Source: Mobula hypostoma
Lineage: Eukaryota
Length of the DNA stretch: 64,000 bases
Assembly: GCF_963921235.1 (NCBI RefSeq)
Contig: NC_086097.1
Location: forward strand, 40,922,001 to 40,986,000
Direction of reading: 5' to 3'
The position numbers and the translations under genes were made by a program. The stretch's first letter is position 1. The number at the start of each line of letters is the position of its first letter. The notes beneath the pieces are model-generated. The model worked only from the letters and a program-made list of their open reading frames with translations. It did no database searches and was not told where the DNA came from. Shown here in pieces: positions 23,973 through 37,393 of the stretch.

Positions 23973-25202
23973 ATAAAGAATCGACATCTCAAGCCAGGAC
24001 AGGTCTTCAGGCTTTGATATATCACAAATATCAAAGTAATAGATAGGTCAATAAAGAGGTAGTCCTTCACCCTTTCACAAATAGATCTCCTGATCAGAGG
24101 TGATTTTCTTTGCCAGAGTGTATTTTCCCTTGACCCACTTTCTCTTAGCTACGAGTAATTATTGCAGGCTTTCCATCCGGCTTGCTGTCAGTCTTGAGTG
24201 AAAACTGAATAGTTTCCTTAGGGAAGATTGTGCAAGTCTAACTATTTTGTTGGGAACTTTTTATGGACTGATCTGTGGTGAGCAGATTTATGCAGAGGCT
24301 TTCGTTCATCAAATAGTGAATGAATAGGGAAGTTCTGTTATAAAGTATCTTCAAGCAAGAGTTGGTGGCTGTTTTTTTTAAAAAAAAGCTAAAACCAATG
24401 ATAAAGGGAAATTCAAAACACTATTTGGAGATTTGAACAGTTGCCAGATCAAATAATGAGATTATCTTGAGACCACTTGACTCCAACATGAGTAAGAAGA
24501 CACAGCTTGCTGCTTACAAGATTGAGGCTTCATTGCTGTCCCCAGGACTGGAATTCAAAATGGAGTGGATTTGTTCCATCAGTTCAAATGTTTCCTTTAG
24601 TTGGAACTTACTCAGAAATCCTCCCAATAGCTCGTCACATTTCAGCTTTTTTTCCAGTTATGAATGTGAGGTTAAACATTATAAAATATTTGGAGCTCTT
24701 TGCAAAGATAATTACCATAAGCTCACAAGATATAGGAGTAGAATTAGGCCATTTGGCCAATCGAGTCTGCTCTACCATTTCATTGTGGCTGATCAAATTT
24801 TCCTCTCAGCTCCAGTATCCTGCCTTCTCTCTGTATCTCTTCATGCTCTGAACAATCAATAATCTATCAACCTCTGCCCGAAATATACCCAATGACTTGG
24901 CCTTCATAGCTGCTGTAGCAACAAATTCCCCAGATTCACCACTCTCTGGCTAAAAAAATTCCTTCTCATCTCCCTTCTCGAAGGACGCCCCTCTATTCTG
25001 AGTCTGTGTCTTCTGGTCTTTGACTCTCCCACCATAGAAAACATCCCCATTTGATAGGTTTCAATGAGGTCACCCATCTTTCTTATTAATTCCAGTGAAT
25101 ACAGGCCCAGAGCCATCAAACACTCTTCATATAAAAAGCCATTCAATCCTGGAATCATTTTTGTGAACCTCCTTTGAACCCTCTCCAGTTTCAGTACCTC
25201 TT

Positions 25203-25600
25203 TTCCAATGTTGGAAAGTGTATGGTCATGCACTTTGGTGGAAGAAATAAACGGGCAGACTATTATTTAGATGGTGATAGAATCCAAAATGAAGAGATGC
25301 AAAGAGACTTGGGAGTCCTTGTGCAGTATACCCTAAACGTTAACCTCCAGGTTGAGTCGCTGGTGAAGAAGGCAATTGCAATGTTGGCATTCATTTCTAG
25401 AGGTATAGAATATAAGAGCAGGGATGTGATGTTGAGACTCCATAAGGCACTGTTGAGACTCCATAAGGCACTATTGAGACAATACTTGGAGTATTGTGTG
25501 CAGTCTTGGCTCCTTATTTAGAAAGGATATACTGACGTTGGAGAGGGTTCAGAGAAGATTTGTGAGAATGATTCCAGGAATGAAGGATTACCATATGAGA
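25203..25600 (+). mobile_element. Inverted CR1 ORF2 segment inside the minus-strand CR1
   Basis: + ORF reads NVGKCMVMHFG...RDLGVLV...YLEYCVQ; includes a 21-bp tandem duplication (LRLHKAL twice). Confidence 0.75.
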
Positions 25601-26043
25601 TTGTATATTTTCTGACACTATATTTCATCTGTCAGTTCTTGGCCCATTCTCCTAATCTGTCTAAGCCCTTCTGTAGACTCTCTACTTTCTCAAAACTACC
25701 TGCCCCTCCATTTACCTTTACATCGTCTGCGAACCTTGCAACAAAGACATCAATTTCATCATCCAAATCGTTGACATACAACATAAAAAATAATTGAGTC
25801 CAACACAGACCCCTGCAGAATACCACTAGTCACTAGCAGCCAACCAGAAAAGGCTCCCTTTATTCCCACTCTTTGTCTCCTGACATTCAGCCACTGCTTT
25901 ATCCATACTAGAATCTTTTCAGTAATACCATGGGCTCATCATATGTTAAGCAGTCTTATGTGTAGCACCTTGTCAAAGGCCTTCTGAAAATCCAAGTACA
26001 TAGCATTCTCTTTTGTCTATTCTGCTTGTTATTTTTTCAAAGA

Positions 26044-26611
26044 TGGTAGTCAACATGGATTTTGCATCTAAGCCATCTAGATACGCAAGCCAGGGCACTA
26101 CAATGTGGAGAGCAAGCTATAGCCCATGTAGCAAGCTCCCCTTCTCCATGCATTTGCTGAACCCGAAGGAGACCGATACAGTTTGGCGTCAGCATCATCA
26201 CAGGAGTTGCCAGTCAGCATTGAACTCAACGTAGGGCTGCCTCAGGGACTCCAGCTCTGGAATTTTCCTTCAGGGTTTACTCCTGTAGCCTTCTCCATGA
26301 GTGGATATAGCCGTAAGGCAGCAGAGTTTTGAGATCAGAGTTTTCCTTCTCCTAGGTGAGCTGCTAACCATGGCTGATGAGCCTTATCCGCCCAAAGCAA
26401 CCGGTTTGAAGGCAGCAGTAACCTGCCTTTGCCCCTTCTCCTGTCAGTAAAAATGGTTCCGCTGGGCTTAGTAGTTAAGATTAGCTATGTGAAGGCCAAG
26501 AGCTGGACATGGTTGTCAGAGGCTACTTGAGATGCACACCATCGGGAGCACTTAATAGCTAGTGGGAGCTTATCCCCACTATCACCCCAGCTATAACAAT
26601 TTTAAGGAACC
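26044..26611 (-). mobile_element. RTE-related short element inserted in CR1
   Basis: 12-bp TSD ttttttcaaaga / tttcttcaatga (2 mismatches). The sequence resembles recalled RTE 5' regions (gatcagagttttccttctcctag; gatacagtttggc). Confidence 0.55.
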
Positions 26612-29600
26612 TTTCTTCAATGAATTCCAACAGACATCTCAGCCAAGAATTTCCCTTGAGGAAACATGCTGATTCTGTTCTATTTCATCATGTGCCTTTA
26701 AGTACCCTGAGACCTCATCCTTAATAAACAACTCCAACATCTTTCCAAGCACTGAGATCAGACTAACTAGCCTATACTTTTCTTTCTTCTGCTTCTCAAC
26801 CTTCTTGGAGAGTGGAGTGACATTTGCAATTTTCCAGTCTTTCAGAGCCATTCCACAATCTAGTGATTCTTGAAAAAATGCCTCCACAATTTCTTCAGCC
26901 ACCTCTTTCAGAACCCTGGGGTGCACTCCATCTGGTCCAGGTGACTTATCTGCCTTCAGACTTTTCAGGTTCCCAAGAATTTTCTCTCTATAAATGGTAA
27001 CTTTACACAGTTCATGAAACCTGACACCTGGAACTTCCATCATATTCCTAGTGTCTTCCACAGTGAAGACTAATGCAAAATACTTATTCAGTTTGACTGC
27101 CATTTCCTCGTTCCCCGTTGCTACCTCTCTAGCATTGTTTTCCAGTGGTCTGATATCTACTCTTGGCTCTCATTTACACTTTATATATCTGAAAAAAAAA
27201 CTTGTGATATCCTCCTAATATTATTGGCTGGCTTTCGTATCCCATCTTTACCTTCTTATTGACTATTTTAGTTGACTTCTGTTGGTTTTTAAAGCTTCCC
27301 AATCCTCTAACTTCCCACTGTTTTTTGCTGTATTATATGCTCTCTCTTTGGCTTTTATGTTGGCTCTGACTTCTCTTGTTAGCAATGGTTATAGCACCTT
27401 GCCTTAAGAATGCTTCTTCCTCTTTGGGATGTATATATCTGTGCCTTCCAAATGGCTTCCAGAAATTTCAGCCATTGCTGTTCTGCCATCATCCCTGCCA
27501 GTGTTCTTTTTCCAATCAATTCTGGCTAACTCTTCTCTCATGCCTCTGTAATTCCTTTTACTCCACTGAAATACTGATACATCTGACTTTAGTTTCCCCT
27601 CTCAAATTTCAGGGTGAATTTATTCATATTATGATTACTTTCCACTAAGAGTACTTGCACCTTAAGCTCTCTAATTAATTCTAGTTCATTGGACAACGTC
27701 CAGTCTAGAGTAGCTGATCCCCTAATGGGCTCAACCTCAAGCTGCTCTAAAAAACATCTTGTAGGCACTCTAGAAATTCCTCCTCTTGGAATCCTTGGAA
27801 TCTAGCACCAACCTGATTTTCCCAACCTACCGATATATTGAAATTCCCACGACTATTGCAACATTGTCCTTTTGGCATGTATTTTCTAACCCCTGTTGTA
27901 GACCACATCCTTACTACTGTTTGGGGTTTTAATGTAACTCCCATCAGAAATTTTTACCCTTGCAGTTCATTTGCTCTGTCCACAATGTTCCAACACCTCC
28001 CAACCCCATGTCTCCTCTTTTGAATGATATGATTTCAATTTTTTACTAACAGAGCAATAACACCCCCTCTCTTTCCTGCCTGTCATTTTGATACAATGTG
28101 TATGTATCCTTGGACATTAAGCTCCCAGCTATAATCTTTCAGCCATAATTCAGTGATGCCTACAACGTCATACATGCCAAACTGGAACTGTGCTCAAGTT
28201 CATCTATCTTATTCCTTATACTGCATGGATTCAATATAACACCTTCAGTCCTGTATTCACCCTTTTTTGTCACTGCAACTCATCCTGTTGCCTGCAATTT
28301 TGCCCTATCAATAGCCTGTCACTACACATTGCCTTTGTTTGTAAACCAGCTACCTCATCTTCAGCACTATTATCTGCCTTTCTTACCATTCTATTGCATT
28401 GAAATATATGCAGCATAGGACAGTAGACACACCATGCTCAACCTTTTAATTCCTAACTTTGTCTGACATCTGCCTCCACAACCTCTCCACTAACTTTCTG
28501 GCACTCTGATTCCTATCCCCCGAAACACTAGTTTAACCCCCCTCCCCCCCCCACCAATGCTGTATTAACAGACCTTCCTGCTAGGATATTAGTCCCCCTC
28601 TACTTCAAATGCAAATCGTCCCTTCTGTACAGGTCCCACCTTCCCTGGAAGAGAGCCCAATGATCCAAAAATCTTATGCCCTCCCTCCTACACCAACTCC
28701 TTAGCCATGTATTAAACTGTATTATCTAGTTCTGGCCTCGCACAAGCAGCAATCCTGAGATCACAATCCTGGAGGTCCTGCCTTTTAATTTAGCACCCAT
28801 CTCTGTGAACTCCCTGTGCAAAACCTGGTCACTTGTCCTACCCATAGCATTGGCACGTACATGGACCACGACCTCTGGCTGTTCACCCTCCCACTTAGGA
28901 ACTCTGAGGATTCGATCTGAGATGTCTCAGGCCTTTTTACCCGGGAGGCAACATAACATCCGGGAATCTTGATCTTATCCGCAGAGCCTCCTGTCTCTAA
29001 CAAATCCCTTTTCTACCCCCTTCCCTTCTGAGTCACAGAGGCAGATTCAGTGCAAGAGACCCAACCACCATGACTGTCCACTGTTAGGTCAACCACCGCC
29101 CCCTCAACAGTATCCAAAGTGATATACCAGTTGTTGAGGGGGATGGCCACAGGGGTACTCTGCACTGGCTCCTTAACTCCCCTCCCTTTCCTGACTGTCA
29201 CCCAGTTTCCTATGTCCTGCAACTTGGGTGAAACTACCTCTGTATGTGTCCTATCTATCACCCCCTTCAACCTCCTGAACAATCCAAAGTTCATCCAGTT
29301 CCAACTCCAGCTCCTTAACACTGTTTGTTAGAACCTGTGGTTGGATACACTTCTCGCAGTTGTAGATGTCAGGGACACTGGAGATCTCCTTACCTTCTCA
29401 CATCCTGCAAGAGGAGTATTCCACTATTCTGTCTGGCATCTCTACTGTCCTAGCTGAGCAGATATAAAGAAGGGAAGAAAGAGAACCAGTATATTTTCAA
29501 GGCATCGCATTTTAAAAGGTGAAAGGTCTCAACCCAAAACATCAGCTCTTACTCTTTTCCATAGATGCTGTCCCCAGCATTTTGTGCATGTTGCTCGTAT

Positions 29601-30039
29601 TTCCAGCATCTGCAGATTTTCTCTTGTTTGTGATAAATATATTGGACAAGTTCAGAGAAAAACAACCCATGTTATTCTATGCATTGGGACCATGTTGTCA
29701 GATGTTTACTGATATATATGAACTAGGAATGAGAGTTCAGTCCTTCAGGCTTATTCTGCAGTTCAGTGAAATCGTAGCTGATTTATGAAATAATATTTGC
29801 CTGCTTCTGCCTGCACCCCATATGTTACATTAACAAAACACTTTATCTCATATGTTAAATTAGCAATTGGTAACAGAGCAGTTGTCATTTGCCGAGGAGA
29901 GTTTGGTTTTATCACCTCTGCATGTGGACATTTTTCCATTTGCAGAAGCCAGAGTAACAGAGGGGAGGAGCCAGTAGCATGTTAATTTCTGGCTCTAGTG
30001 GAGTGACCTTTTTTTGGAGTGACCATATTTGAGCTGCAA

Positions 30040-33000
30040 GTGCTCTGTTCTGAGTATAAGTCCTGAGGCTTTGGCTCAGAAGGCTTCTGTGAGGGGAGGT
30101 TGAGCAGTTAAGTCCCGTTAGTGTTTTCCTTAGAACTACTCTCCCTATTTGAGTAGCAGGGTTGGCAGTTCAGGCAGTGGAAAGTCCTCCTGCCTATGTG
30201 GGAGATCAGGGAGATCATGGTGCCTCTTAGTTGCTCGGGTCCAAGATGTCTCTGGGCAGCTGCAGACCATTATTAAGAGGTCATGGTGGGGACTAACAAC
30301 ATAGACAGAAAGAGGAGGAGGTCCCACAGAGTGAATGCAAGAATTTAGGAGAGTGCCTAAAAGTTAGGATCTCAAGGCTAGTAACCTTTGGATTACTTCC
30401 AGTGCCATATGCTAATGAGAGTACAAACAGAAAGATAGGTCAGGTGAATGCGTGGCTGAGGATTCAAAGATTCAAGTTCTTGGATCATGGTGATTTCTTC
30501 TAATATGGGGGTGACCTGAACACCTGTTCCACCTCCACCAGGGAGAACTAATATTGTGGTTGGGAGATTTGCCAGTGCTACTTAGAAGGGTTTCAGTTGG
30601 AGTGGGACAGTTGTGGGGTCCTGGGCAATAGAGTGGCTGATGAGAGATCAGAGGATAATACTGTAGACAATGAGAACACATTTAGAAAGAGAAAATGGAT
30701 GGTCACTCCGACTGGATTGTGTTATATATCATCCTCCCCACCATTCTCAGTGGGATTTGGCAGAGCAGATATGTAGGGAGATTGTTGTTACTTGTAAACA
30801 TAATAAGGCAGTAATAGAGGGAGATTTTTGACTTTCCTAATGTTGTGAAAAGCTTAGATGGAGTGAAATTCATGAATGTGTTCAGGAAGTGGATAGGGGA
30901 GAACCTGTGGATATGGTATATTTGGATTTTCAAAAGGCTTTTGACAGGGTCCCATACAGGAGATTAGCTTGCAAACTTAAAGCACACGGTATTGGGGGTA
31001 AGGTATTGATGTGCATAGAGAATTGGTTGGCAGACAGGAAGCAAAGAGTAGGAATAAACGGGACCTTTTCAGAATGGCAGGCAGTGACTAGTGGGGTACC
31101 ACAAGGCTCAGTGTTGGGACCCCAGTTGTTTACAATAGATATTAATGACTTAGATGAGGGAATTAAATGTAGCATTTCTAAGTTTGCTGATGACACGAAG
31201 CTGGGCGGCAGTGTTAGCTGTGAGGAGGATGCTACGAGGATGCAGGGTGACTTGGATAGGTTAGGTGAGTGGGCAAATTCATGGCAGATGCAAATTAATG
31301 TGGATAAATGTGAGGTTATCCACTTTGGTGGCAAAAACAGGAAAACAGATTATTATCTGAATGGTGGCCGATTAGGAAATGGGGAGGTGCAACGAGACCT
31401 GGGTGTCATTATACACCAGTCATTGAAAGTGGGCATGCAGGTACAGCAGGCGGTGAAAAAGGCGAATGGTATGCTGGCATTCATAGCAAAAGGATTCGAG
31501 TACAGGAGCAGGGAGGTACTACTACAGTTGTACAAGGCCTTGGTGAGACCACACCTGGAGTATTGTGTGCAGTTCTGGTCCCCTAATCTGAGGAAAGACA
31601 TCCTGGCCATAGAGGGAGTAGAAAGAAGGTTCACCAGATTGATTCCTGGGATGGCAGGACTTTCATATGATGAAAGACTGGATCAACTAGGCTTATACTC
31701 GTTGGTATTTAGAAGATTGAGAGGGGATCTTATTGAAACATATAAAATCCTAAAGGGATTGGACAGGCTAGATGCAGGAAGATTGTTCCCGATGTTGGGG
31801 AAGTCCAGAATGAGGGGTCAGAGTTTGAGGATAAAGGGGAAGCCTTTTAGGACCGAGATTAGGAAAAACTTCTTCACACAGAGAGTGGTGAATCTGTGGA
31901 ATTCTCTGCCACAGGAAACAGTTGAGGCCAGTTCATTGGCTATATTTAAGAGGGAGTTAGATATGGCCCTTGTGGCTAAATGGATCGGGGTATGGGGGGA
32001 AGGCTGGTACAGGGTTCTGAGTTGGATGATCAGCCATGATCATACTGAATGGTGGTGCAGGCTTGATGGGCCAAATGGCCTACTCCTGCACCTATTTTCT
32101 ATGTTTCTATGAAAGCTGCCTTGATCAATATGCAGAGGGATCTACCTTAGAGGGTGCAATGCTGGACCTCCTGGGGAATGACTTAGAGCAAGAGCTGTCT
32201 GTCAGTGAGCACTTTTGGTCCAGTGACCATAATTAAATTGGTTTTAAAACAGTTATGAAGTGAGATATGGCTTATTCACAGTTCCAGCTTCTGAACTGGA
32301 GTAGATCTTGCAGTGAAAGAAGCATCAACCACATGATAAGTCTTCAATAGTGTGGTGATCCGGGGGTGATAGCAGATTGGATTCATAATTGGTTCAGCCG
32401 TAGGAAGTGGAGGCTGATGGTCGAGGATTGTTTCTCAGACTAGAGGCCCATGTGTAGTGGTGTCCCACAGGTTTCGATCCTGAGACCTTTACTGTTTGTA
32501 ATTTATAGAAACCATTTTGGATGTGAATGTACAAGTATGGTTAGTAAGTTTGTAGATGATACTAAAATGGATGATATTGTAGATAGAGTAGAAGATTATG
32601 AGAAGCAATATGGGAAATCTCGATCAGTAGGGTATGTGGACTGAGGATTAGCAAGTGGCTTTCAATCCAGATAAATGTGAGGTGCATTGTGGAAGATCAA
32701 ACCAGGGTATTCTCTTATACAGTGCATAGTAGAATCCAGGGAAGCATTGGGGAACAGAGGGAAATTGGAGTGCAAGTGCATCATTTACTGAAAGCAGCAT
32801 CACAGTTGGATGGGGTAGTGAAAAAGGCATTTTGCATGCTGGTCTTCAAGAATTGTGGCACTGAGTACAACAGTTAGGAAATTATGATGCAGTTACTGTA
32901 TATAAGATGGTGAAGCCACACTTGGAGTACTGTTTATGTTTTTAGTCACTCTATTCTAGGAAAGATGTTACTAAATTAGCAGGAAATCAGAAAAGATTTT

Positions 33001-33435
33001 CCAGGATGTCGTCTGGAGTTGGGGCTTAAGTCACAAGGAGAGGTTGTGTAGACTAGGAGTTTATTCCTTGGAACATAGACAATTGAGGGGTGACAAGATC
33101 ATGAGGGGCAAAGATGGGGTGAAAGCACATTTCCTTTTTCCCAAAGAAGAGGGGCTAAAAACAAGAGGGCATAGGAGGGCAGAGGTGAGAGATTTAAAAG
33201 TATCATCAACGTCTGCTTCTTCATGCAAAGAGTGGAACAGGTTTGGAATGGGTTGCCAGAAAGGCATGTAAGTCGGGCATGTAAGCCACATTTAAAATCC
33301 AATTGGGAAGTACATGGATAAGAGTGGTTTATTGGGCTGTGGGCCAAAAGCAGGCAGATGGGACAAACTTGGCTGGCCAATGCAGTCAAAATGGGCGAAG
33401 TGGACTCAAAGGCCTGTTGCTGCTCTGTGACTCTG
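30040..33435 (+). mobile_element. Old, deleted CR1 LINE hosting a younger CR1
   Basis: SGVPQVSILRPLLFVIY, SKFVDDTK and LGVYSLE remnants at 32450-33270; ORF1-like sequence at 30150-30600. Confidence 0.7.
30889..32111 (+). mobile_element. Young 5'-truncated CR1 LINE (open RT frame)
   Basis: 407-aa frame with [20 protein letters not shown] and KFADDTKL; (CTATGTTT) tail. Confidence 0.93.
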
Positions 33436-34454
33436 TAAGAGAGGTAGTTTCATGTAGTGTGTCTCGAATGCTTTCTCAGATACAGTGGTGGGAGCTCAGT
33501 TGAATACTTTAAAAGGGGAATGAATGGCCACTTAAATAGAGTAAATAAATGTAGACCTGTTTGCAAAATACACCTGAATCTTAGGACCATGTTCCAAAAT
33601 TCAAGAATTGCCATCCAGCAGGAATAGATTCTCAAAGTTACTCTTAATATCTAATAATATTCAATCAAATCACCCTTTAACATTTTAGAATCCAGGAAAT
33701 GCAACCCTAATTTATATTATCCTCTCTTCATAATTTCATCCTTGGAGACCTTGTTTCATTTTTTAATATCCACTTCAGGCCTGATCCACGCAAGATGTTA
33801 TGCAGCTGCAAAAGGCTGATTAGGAAGCCAATTGAGATAATTTTGTTATTGAGGGACATAGATGGTGATTGCTACACCTTTGTGTTAACAATGAATACAT
33901 GTAGTTTCTGTAAGCGGTGCGTGTCGAGAATTTGATCTTTTAGGAATACTGTATAACTGATATCATGTTTTGAAATTCAGTCTCAAGTAAAAGAAAAAGA
34001 CGTCCTAAGGAGTAGTCAGTGAGTAAAATAATGATTTGATTAAAATTTGGGGGTGATTGAACTGAAATTTAGGAGAATGGTTATTCATTAATAGAATAAA
34101 ATAATAGGATAGAAAAGCAGAAACTGACGTGTATGTATATATTCTATCACTTGCATTCAAGTAGATGCAGCAGGTGATTTTTAATGTGCAATCAGCATCA
34201 GAAAAATATGCAGTTTAATGTTTAGAGCAAACTGAGGAGGTCGGATTACAATGAAAGCAGACTTCAAGACCAAAGGTGACCAACTGGATCAACCTAAGGC
34301 TGTATTAGCAAAAAGCAGGAAGACTTTTAAGTGATGTGAAACACCTTGTCAGTCCAGAAAAAAAATACACATTAAAAGCAAAGAAGAAAAGAAGCAAAGT
34401 TGTTCAGCACAACTTTGTGGAGTTTTCTATGTTTCCATAAGAACACTTCTACAT

Positions 34455-36355
34455 GACAGTGGCAGACAGAGTTTAATCCAGACAAAGGTGAGGTCATCCA
34501 TTTTGCAAGGCCAAATGCAAAAGGAAAGAATACAGTAAATGGTAGAGCCCTTAGGAGCACTGAATTACAGAGGAATTTTAGCGTACAAGTCCATAACTCC
34601 ATGAAGGTGGTAGCACACGTGGATAGACTAGTAACGAAGGAATAGGGCACGCTTGCCTTCATTGGTTGGGGTATGGGTATAAGGGTCAGAAAGTCACGTG
34701 TAGCTGTATAAAACTTTCGTTAGGCCACATTTGGAATATTTTGTGCAGTTTGGTTGGAAGGATGTTGAGGCTTTAGAGAGGATGCAAAAATCTTTCACCT
34801 GGATTGTATTGTATTATAGAGTACTTGGTGGCATAGAACAAGGTAGGACAAAGTCAACATAGTCTCCTTAAGGGAAAATCTTGCCTGACAAACCTGTTGG
34901 AATTCTTTGAAGAGATTTCATGGATAAACGGGATGCAGTGGATATTGTACATTTGGACTTTCAGAAGGCCTTTCACAACGTTCCACTCATGAGGCTGCTT
35001 ACCAAGTTAAGAACCCATGGTATTACAGGCAAGTTACTGGCATGGTCAGAGCATTGGCTGATTGGTAGGAAGCAGCGAGTGGGAATAAAAGGATCTTTTT
35101 CTGGTTGACTATCAGTGACTAGTGATGTTCCACAGGGGTCAGTGTTGGGACCACTTATTTTTATGATGTAGATCAATGATTTAGATGATGGAATAGATGG
35201 CTTTTGTTCTGCTTGCAAAGGTAAATACCAGGAGGGAGATCAATAAAGATCAAGTGTCATTTTAAAACTTACTCGTTGCCACTGTTATGTTCTTTAACTC
35301 TGAAAGAAAAAATTAAAAAAAAAACAAAAGAATCCGGAATGCGAGTCTAACTTTAAGTGAGGCACATATGTATCATGTGGTGGCATGATAACATTTGCCA
35401 TTTGCGTACTTTTACACATAACCTACAATACATTATGTAAACACAAAGAATGCTTAATCAATCAATATATTTACCATATTACTCAAATATTACTGATATA
35501 TTAAATACACAACAGAAATGTATGGTCATGCACTTTGGTAGAAGGATTAAAGGCATAGACTATTTTCAACATCGGGGAGAAAATTCAAAAATCAGAAGTG
35601 CCAAGGGACTTGGGAGTCCATGTGCAGATTAACCTTAAGATCGCATTGGTGGTAAGGAAGGCGAATGCAATGTTGATATTCATTTCGAGAGAACTAGAAA
35701 GTGAAATAGAATATAAGAGCATGAATGTAATATTGAGGCTTTGTAAGGCATTGCAGTACTGTGAGCAGTTTTGGGCCCTTTTCTGGGTAACAATTTGGAA
35801 GCAGAATTGAAATGGGTGACCACTGGGAGATCCAATCCCAGGATCCAGTCCCTGCTGGAGAGAATCCATTGGAGGTTCACAAGAATGATTCCAGAAATGA
35901 AAGAGTTAATGTATGAGTAGTGTTTTATGGCTCTGAGCCTGGACTTGCTGGAGTTTAGAAGAATGAATGGGAGTCTCATTAAAACCTATCTGATATTGAA
36001 AGGCGTAGATAGAACGTATGTGGAGAGAATGTTTCCTATAGTGGGGAAGTCTGGGGCCAGAGTGCACAGCCTCAGAATAGAGGGATGCCCATTTAGAACA
36101 GAGATGAGGAGGAATTTCTTTAGCCAGCGAGTAGTGAATCTGTGGAATTCATTGCCTCGGATGGCTGTGGGGGCATGTCATTGAGTATATTGTATTTAAA
36201 GCAGACACTGATAGGTTCTCAGTCAGGGCATCAAACATTGCAGGTAGAAGGCAAGAGAATAGGATTGAGAGGGGGCAATAAATCAGTCATGATGGTGGAG
36301 CAGACTTGATGGGCCAGCTTGCTTAATTCTGCTTCTTTGTCTTATGGTCTTATGC
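34455..36355 (+). mobile_element. CR1 LINE fragments (two copies) with a nested LTR fragment
   Basis: ORFs 34920-35108, 35598-35810 and 35927-36184 are CR1 ORF2 pieces. Confidence 0.78.
35208..35514 (-). mobile_element. Short LTR (35283-35514) with PBS remnant
   Basis: TG...CA termini; homologous to 56699-56930; on the minus strand followed by gTGGCAACGAG (tRNA-Ser(GCT)-type PBS with CpG decay). Confidence 0.6.
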
Positions 36356-37355
36356 TCCTCTTTCTGACTTGCAAGGAGGGATTATCAAAGGACCTGTATT
36401 CCAACTGAACTCTATACAAAAGGAATGCACCACTAAATAATTAAAATTAAGGATAATGCATTTTATCTCAGACATAAATCTAATAGTAGTTTCAGATTGT
36501 CAAAAAAAATTGATGATGTAATTTTAAAAGATAAACTTAACAGGTAATAAGTGACTTCTGAAGTAGCTCTATGGGCTTACTTTTATTAAACTGAGGACCA
36601 AAGTTATTAAGGTAGATTAGTCAAGCATGATTTTTGCCGGTAGCTAATGACAACTCTAGAATGTAATAGGCCTTGGAATGATACAAAGTTGGTCATGTTT
36701 CCTCAATAAGACTCTGTGTCGAATGCTGGTCTTTTCATCTTTTGATTCATTATCGTTTGCTGTCTCTTTTATTCACTAACATAACTAGAGCAGGTGGTGC
36801 TCAGATAGACAACAATATGAGTTTTTAATTTTAATCTTCAGCTTTTTTCTTTGTAGGAGTTCAAATCTCTTCAGTACACAAAATCTGTAATATTTTCGTA
36901 TTTTAAAATGCTTCTCTTGAACTTGGAGCTCTCACTAATGTAGATTTTCATTTTCTGATAAAACGCTGGTGTTAAAATCATGACAATCATTGGTGATGAA
37001 TGGATGAACTGATCTGTTTTAGCAGATGAATGAAATTCTGGTGAAGGTAATGAAACAATTGGCATTTTACCAGGCTATTATTATGGTCTCATTGTTTATT
37101 TATTAAGTCAACAATACATTTTTTTAGTGCTAATGAGACTGCATTGCCGACCTGTGTTAATGACAGAGAACGTCACACTTTAGCACCTAATAAATAGAAC
37201 CTCCTAAAGTTTAACTGTTTTTCAAATGTTAACTGTTGAGCATTTGTCATAAACATTTAACTGTCATGAGAATATTTCTCTTTCCCTTAATGAAAGTGTA
37301 CTGTTTAAAAACTCTGGAATGGTTAACAAACTTGAAAACAAAAGATGGATTTCTG

Positions 37356-37356
37356 A

Positions 37357-37392
<36 letters not shown>
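37356..37392. repeat. Compound microsatellite (TG)n(AG)n
   Basis: Directly visible. Confidence 0.95.

Positions 37393-37393
<1 letters not shown>

Larger units (their letters stand above)
24717..29460 (-). mobile_element. Near full-length decayed CR1 LINE (ORF1 and ORF2 remnants)
   Basis: Minus ORFs: FADDVKV; DKSPGPDGVHPRVLKEVA; KIPGCYVASRVK (ORF1 esterase-like); WVTVRKGRG...VAIPLNNWY. Confidence 0.85.

Noticed and set aside
30889..32112. Functional or domesticated RT gene
   Set aside because: 5'-truncated CR1 with no endonuclease or true start; the frame runs into the 3' UTR after a frameshift.
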